DNA of 64,000 bases, from positions 1 through 64,000 of the IMG/VR virus record IMGVR_UViG_3300045988_149331; one strand, written 5' to 3'. The DNA comes from a virus. Positions 62,698 to 64,000 of the stretch are shown here, in pieces; position 1 is the first letter of the stretch; each line of letters starts with the position of its first letter. The notes beneath the pieces are model-generated. The model did no database searches and was not told the DNA's origin. It was given only the letters and a program-made list of their open reading frames with translations. Both the position numbers and the translations under genes were made by a program.

Positions 62698-62711
62698 GTA
62701 TAACGTTGGCG
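62698..62711. repeat. intergenic 14-mer GTATAACGTTGGCG, copy 1
   Basis: Exact match to 63886..63899. Lies in the spacer upstream of 61979..62668. Confidence 0.7.
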
Positions 62712-62717
62712 GCTTTG

Positions 62718-63383
62718 TTATTTGGCGCATTGGAACTCGAAAAAGTCGTTACCGCGGCGGCGTTTCTTACGCTCGGTGGCGGTAATTTCGCCTTCAGCTC
62801 TCAACCGCTGGACACAGTATCGAAAATATTCGGCTGTGGCTTCAACGTCGTTCATCGCGCCGTGAGCGTCTGTGAGGCGGATGCCGGCGCGTTCACACGT
62901 AGCACCAAGTGTCATTTTCTCGTCACCCGTCAAGCCGTACATCATTTTGGAAAAGTACATCGTGTCCAGCGTCTGTTCTTGGATGTAGGTGAATAGGTCG
63001 TATTTCCGTCCATAGGATGAATATTCAAACGCCGCCGATAACATCGCCACGTCGAACATCACGTTGTGACCCACACCTATCAGGCGGCGCTGCTCTTTGC
63101 CCTTGGCGTCGGAGAAATTTTGAGTACAGAACCGCCCCAGTGCTTCGATAAACGCATCCAACTCCATACCTCGGTTCACCTCAGCCATATTGACCATGGT
63201 CTTAGAAATGGATTCTTTCGTTATTTGGAGACCATTGTACGGCTTTACGTAGGTTTCCCAGCGGTCTACCTCTTTCAGGGTGTTAAAGTCTAAAACAACG
63301 GCTGCAAACGACGTTATGGGGTTTTGAGTGGGATCGAGACCTCCAGTTTCCGTGTCGAAACACAAGAAATTACTTTTCTTCAT
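62718..63383 (-). CDS. DnaQ-like DEDDh 3'-5' exonuclease
   Basis: ExoI 'CFDTETGGL', ExoII 'GHNVMFDVAML', ExoIII 'HGAMNDVEATA'. Confidence 0.8.
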   Translation of the reverse strand: MKKSNFLCFDTETGGLDPTQNPITSFAAVVLDFNTLKEVDRWETYVKPYNGLQITKESISKTMVNMAEVNRGMELDAFIEALGRFCTQNFSDAKGKEQRRLIGVGHNVMFDVAMLSAAFEYSSYGRKYDLFTYIQEQTLDTMYFSKMMYGLTGDEKMTLGATCERAGIRLTDAHGAMNDVEATAEYFRYCVQRLRAEGEITATERKKRRRGNDFFEFQCAK

Positions 63384-63410
63384 ATCATTTCGGTTTTACG
63401 TAGTAACGCT

Positions 63411-63449
63411 GTAAGAAAACCACCCCTCTGCATCACTGCGGTGGGGTGG
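63411..63449 (-). terminator. rho-independent terminator
   Basis: Minus strand reads CCACCCC-(16 nt)-GGGGTGG followed by TTTTCTT. Confidence 0.6.
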
Positions 63450-63495
63450 CGGCGTTTAATCTATTTAACTTATGAATGCCCCTCTTTTTGAGGTT

Positions 63496-63525
63496 GTAAA
63501 AATCGGGGTGATATTTCACACCCCG
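63496..63525 (-). terminator. rho-independent terminator
   Basis: Minus strand reads CGGGGTG-TGAAATAT-CACCCCG followed by ATTTTTAC. Confidence 0.6.
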
Positions 63526-63607
63526 CACCCGAGTTGCCGTTCCTATTTACACTCCCGAAACTGCCGACAATGGGCGAACTGCCACAACATTCCGTCGGGT
63601 GAAAAAG

Positions 63608-63679
63608 TTGATCTGGAAGGGTTCGAACCTCCAATACGAGAACCAAAATCTCGTGTGTTGCCCATTACACCACAGATCA
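63608..63679 (-). tRNA. tRNA-Gln (anticodon UUG)
   Basis: Hand-folded cloverleaf, 72 nt, no encoded CCA. Acceptor TGATCTG/CAGATCA (7 bp). D arm GTGT-AATGGGCA-ACAC. Anticodon arm CGAGA-TTTTGGT-TCTCG. Variable TATT. T arm GGAGG-TTCGAAC-CCTTC. Discriminator A. Confidence 0.85.
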
Positions 63680-63885
63680 AGATAAGGGGCCGCGACGTAT
63701 CGCTTATACTCTTGCCCCTTGGTAGAGTCTGTCTCCTCCGCTCCGGCGCTCGCCTATGAGGAAGTCTGCGTTGCTGCCTTGGAGACATTTTGAGTAACGA
63801 AGTAACGCCAATTCATCGGAAAAGAATCTACACTACAAACTCGTCTCAACTGGCATGTTAAGCGGCGTTACGCTCGTTACGATTA

Positions 63886-63899
63886 GTATAACGTTGGCG
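63886..63899. repeat. intergenic 14-mer GTATAACGTTGGCG, copy 2
   Basis: Exact match to 62698..62711. Lies just downstream (in the transcription sense) of the 63914-63948 terminator. Confidence 0.7.
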
Positions 63900-63913
63900 T
63901 GAAAAAAGTAACG

Positions 63914-63948
63914 AAAAAATCCGCCAGGGCAAACCACCTCCCTGACGG
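63914..63948 (-). terminator. rho-independent terminator of an upstream gene lying off-window
   Basis: Minus strand reads CCGTCAGGG-(10 nt)-CCCTGGCGG (one G-U pair) followed by ATTTTTTCG. A minus-strand stop (TAA at 63984..63982) lies just upstream. Confidence 0.7.
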
Positions 63949-64000
63949 ACTGCGAAAGCAACCTTGTTGTTTGTTACGGTGTTATTTCTTGCCTTTGGCC

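Noticed and set aside
63684-63720. A hairpin AAGGGGC-(23 nt)-GCCCCTT directly upstream of the tRNA, considered as a second or degenerate tRNA.
   Set aside because: No T-loop (GTTCRA) or acceptor-stem pairing could be found. It does not fold as a cloverleaf.
63543-63788. An 81-aa minus-strand ORF.
   Set aside because: It overlaps the well-folded tRNA-Gln, and its Arg-rich translation is implausible.
1-64000. CRISPR arrays, rRNA genes, integrase or transposase genes, and long terminal or inverted repeats.
   Set aside because: None was seen on reading the sequence. The only repeats found are the short intergenic motifs reported above.

Overview
The window is a 64-kb stretch of a large contractile-tailed dsDNA phage or prophage. 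Every convincing gene lies on the minus strand, so transcription runs from high to low coordinates.

Gene order along the direction of transcription:
- tRNA-Gln(UUG), followed by two hairpin terminators.
- A DnaQ-like exonuclease and two small proteins.
- A large terminase whose Walker-A loop is split by a 351-aa LAGLIDADG intein.
- A 6.7-kb block of nucleotide and DNA-modification genes: a GT-A-like glycosyltransferase, a dUTPase with an insert, a CotJC/Mn-catalase-like ferritin-fold protein, a FEN-type nuclease, and a gene resembling the aGPT-Pplase thymidine-hypermodification family.
- The portal, then a possible lysis cassette.
- An ~11-kb cassette of MuF-associated candidate packaged effectors (two ADP-ribosyltransferase-like domains, a kinase-like domain, an AAA+ ATPase).
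- Embedded in that cassette, a translationally coupled radical-SAM / LmbE-like deacetylase / glycosyltransferase operon.
- A low-GC moron with its own promoter and hairpin.
- Prohead protease-scaffold, major capsid, neck genes, tail sheath, tail tube, chaperones and tape measure.
- An M23 tail lysin, spike, gp25/W-like and baseplate-J-like proteins.
- Two tail fibres with paralogous C-termini, then BACON/Ig-like proteins.
- A terminator, a 350-nt regulatory spacer, and a replication module (SF2 helicase, DnaB-like helicase running off the left edge).

A Bacteroidota host is suggested by the near-absence of Shine-Dalgarno sequences, A/T-rich leaders, one TAnnTTTG promoter motif and the BACON-like domains.

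The most interesting candidates are:
- the radical-SAM / deacetylase / GT trio, together with a second GT paralog and the aGPT-Pplase-like gene (a possible novel DNA or virion glycan hypermodification pathway);
- the modular ART/kinase effector cassette.

All functional calls come from motifs read by eye. No database search was run, and start codons are approximate.
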